From contig JAQGDQ010000021.1 in the NCBI GenBank assembly GCA_030141605.1, positions 806,001 through 870,000 of the forward strand: a DNA stretch of 64,000 nt, given 5' to 3'. This stretch comes from Tubiluchus corallicola (Eukaryota; Animalia; Priapulida). Under the pieces are notes generated by a model. It ran no database searches and was not told the DNA's origin. It saw only the letters and a program-made list of their open reading frames with translations. Position 1 is the first letter of the stretch. Every line of letters begins with the position of its first letter. The position numbers were made by a program, and so were the translations under genes. Shown here piece after piece: positions 62,818-64,000 of this stretch.

Positions 62818-64000
62818 AAATCCAAACTAGCGGGTCCGAATTAAATTATCCAACACCACACTTTAAAAACAGTAAATCGATCCCACCTCTTTCCCCGCTC
62901 TCTAAAAATTGAGAAAAGCGCACTTGCCAGATATTTCACCGTATCCGCTTAGGACGACAGATTTTTGAGAAATCCTTTTATAATTGATTTCTAGCGAATT
63001 TCTACAACTAGGTCTCGCCAACACGTGTTCTTACTCAAGCGTCGTACGTCTCCTGTAAAACGGCTGTGTCTTGTTTAGCCAAGTGCCAGCAAGTGGTGAC
63101 GCAAGACAAATAAAACGCACGTGGGTGAGGCGAACAAGATGGTGGTTAAAATCTTCTTGATCAATATTTTTAATGAGCCGTTCACGAGCAAACATTGGGA
63201 GATGTTTAGTTAATTTATAGCAAAGCGGTGTTCATCGTCATCGATGTTTCATCCTTGTAACGGGAAGCCAAAACTAGCAGGTTTGGATAACGAGTACGTC
63301 ACTAACGACACGCAGGGTTGGTGCAGGCGCTATATAAACAAACATGGCTTCATTAGAGAATCAATTATTATCAGCGATCATTGGTCGAAGGACAGAGTTT
63401 GCTTCTAGCAAATTTAACCCGGTTAGTGACACTTGCGTGAACCTATATAGTATAAAGGTTACAGGCTGTTTCATATAACCTTTGCCAATTGCATCATTCT
63501 TCCTTTGAACCACAACACCTGGTTTTCCAATCCAACCCCTCGCCCGCAATTACTCGCTGAAGGTCACTTACTACAACGTGTTCCAAAAGGAACAGTACAC
63601 TAACAAATGCGACAAGCACAGCAATTACACCATGCAATCCTATACGGATGGTCAAACTTATATTGGAATGCACACGTCTAGCAATTATTGTAGTAGAGTT
63701 TTTTAATATACGACTTAGCATGAAATCCCATTTCTTTGTAATTTGATCAGCATATTTCAAAATAGTCAACAAAACAGCATATTTATATTGCATTTCAAAC
63801 ACCTTGCAACTTTTACACAATAATAAGAATTTATTCATTTAGTCCTAGATGCATTACACAATGTGTGAATTTAATTGACAAATTATCGCCAATTGCTGTG
63901 AAATTTCCTCGTATCGTTCTACTGCAAAACCTCGTTCTGCAAAACGTTATTAACTGTTCCCCTGCGAGAAATGGCGTGGAACCGCAATTCTGTATTTCTT

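Noticed and set aside
63325-63480. TATATAA followed by a short plus-strand ATG ORF
   Set aside because: The ATG is too close to the TATA box, and the ~44-codon ORF has no recognisable homology or splice support.

Overview
AT-rich eukaryotic genomic DNA, probably from an invertebrate bilaterian. It is not prokaryotic: no operons, CRISPR arrays, rRNA genes or tRNA genes were found. The minus strand carries a complete type IV diacylglycerol kinase gene (DGKZ/DGKI/rdgA family). I traced 20 coding exons from ATG 32606 to TGA 6654; all are bounded by GT-AG introns with compatible phases and sum to 3996 nt (1331 aa). The protein has a 400-aa disordered N-terminus, two C1 domains, a basic MARCKS-like segment, the GGDGT catalytic domain, ankyrin repeats and a C-terminal ETAV PDZ ligand. 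There is also a candidate 27-nt cassette microexon and an in-frame alternative donor. Downstream, also on the minus strand, lie the first two coding exons of CCT2, which continues out of the window. Introns and the ~31 kb upstream region contain many non-autonomous transposons (hAT MITEs with 8-bp TSDs, TTAA-flanked Kolobok-like elements, palindromic/foldback elements, a Helentron-like repeat), truncated CR1/L2-like and RTE LINE ends, a tRNA-derived SINE and 5S-derived remnants. I found no clearly novel multi-gene system. The best leads are regulatory: repeated LxVP/RSxSxD modules in the first exon, a modular micro-exon linker, a minisatellite of decoy 5' splice sites, long intronic hairpins and a compact structured element at ~36.8 kb. 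All family assignments come from recalled sequence knowledge, not database searches.
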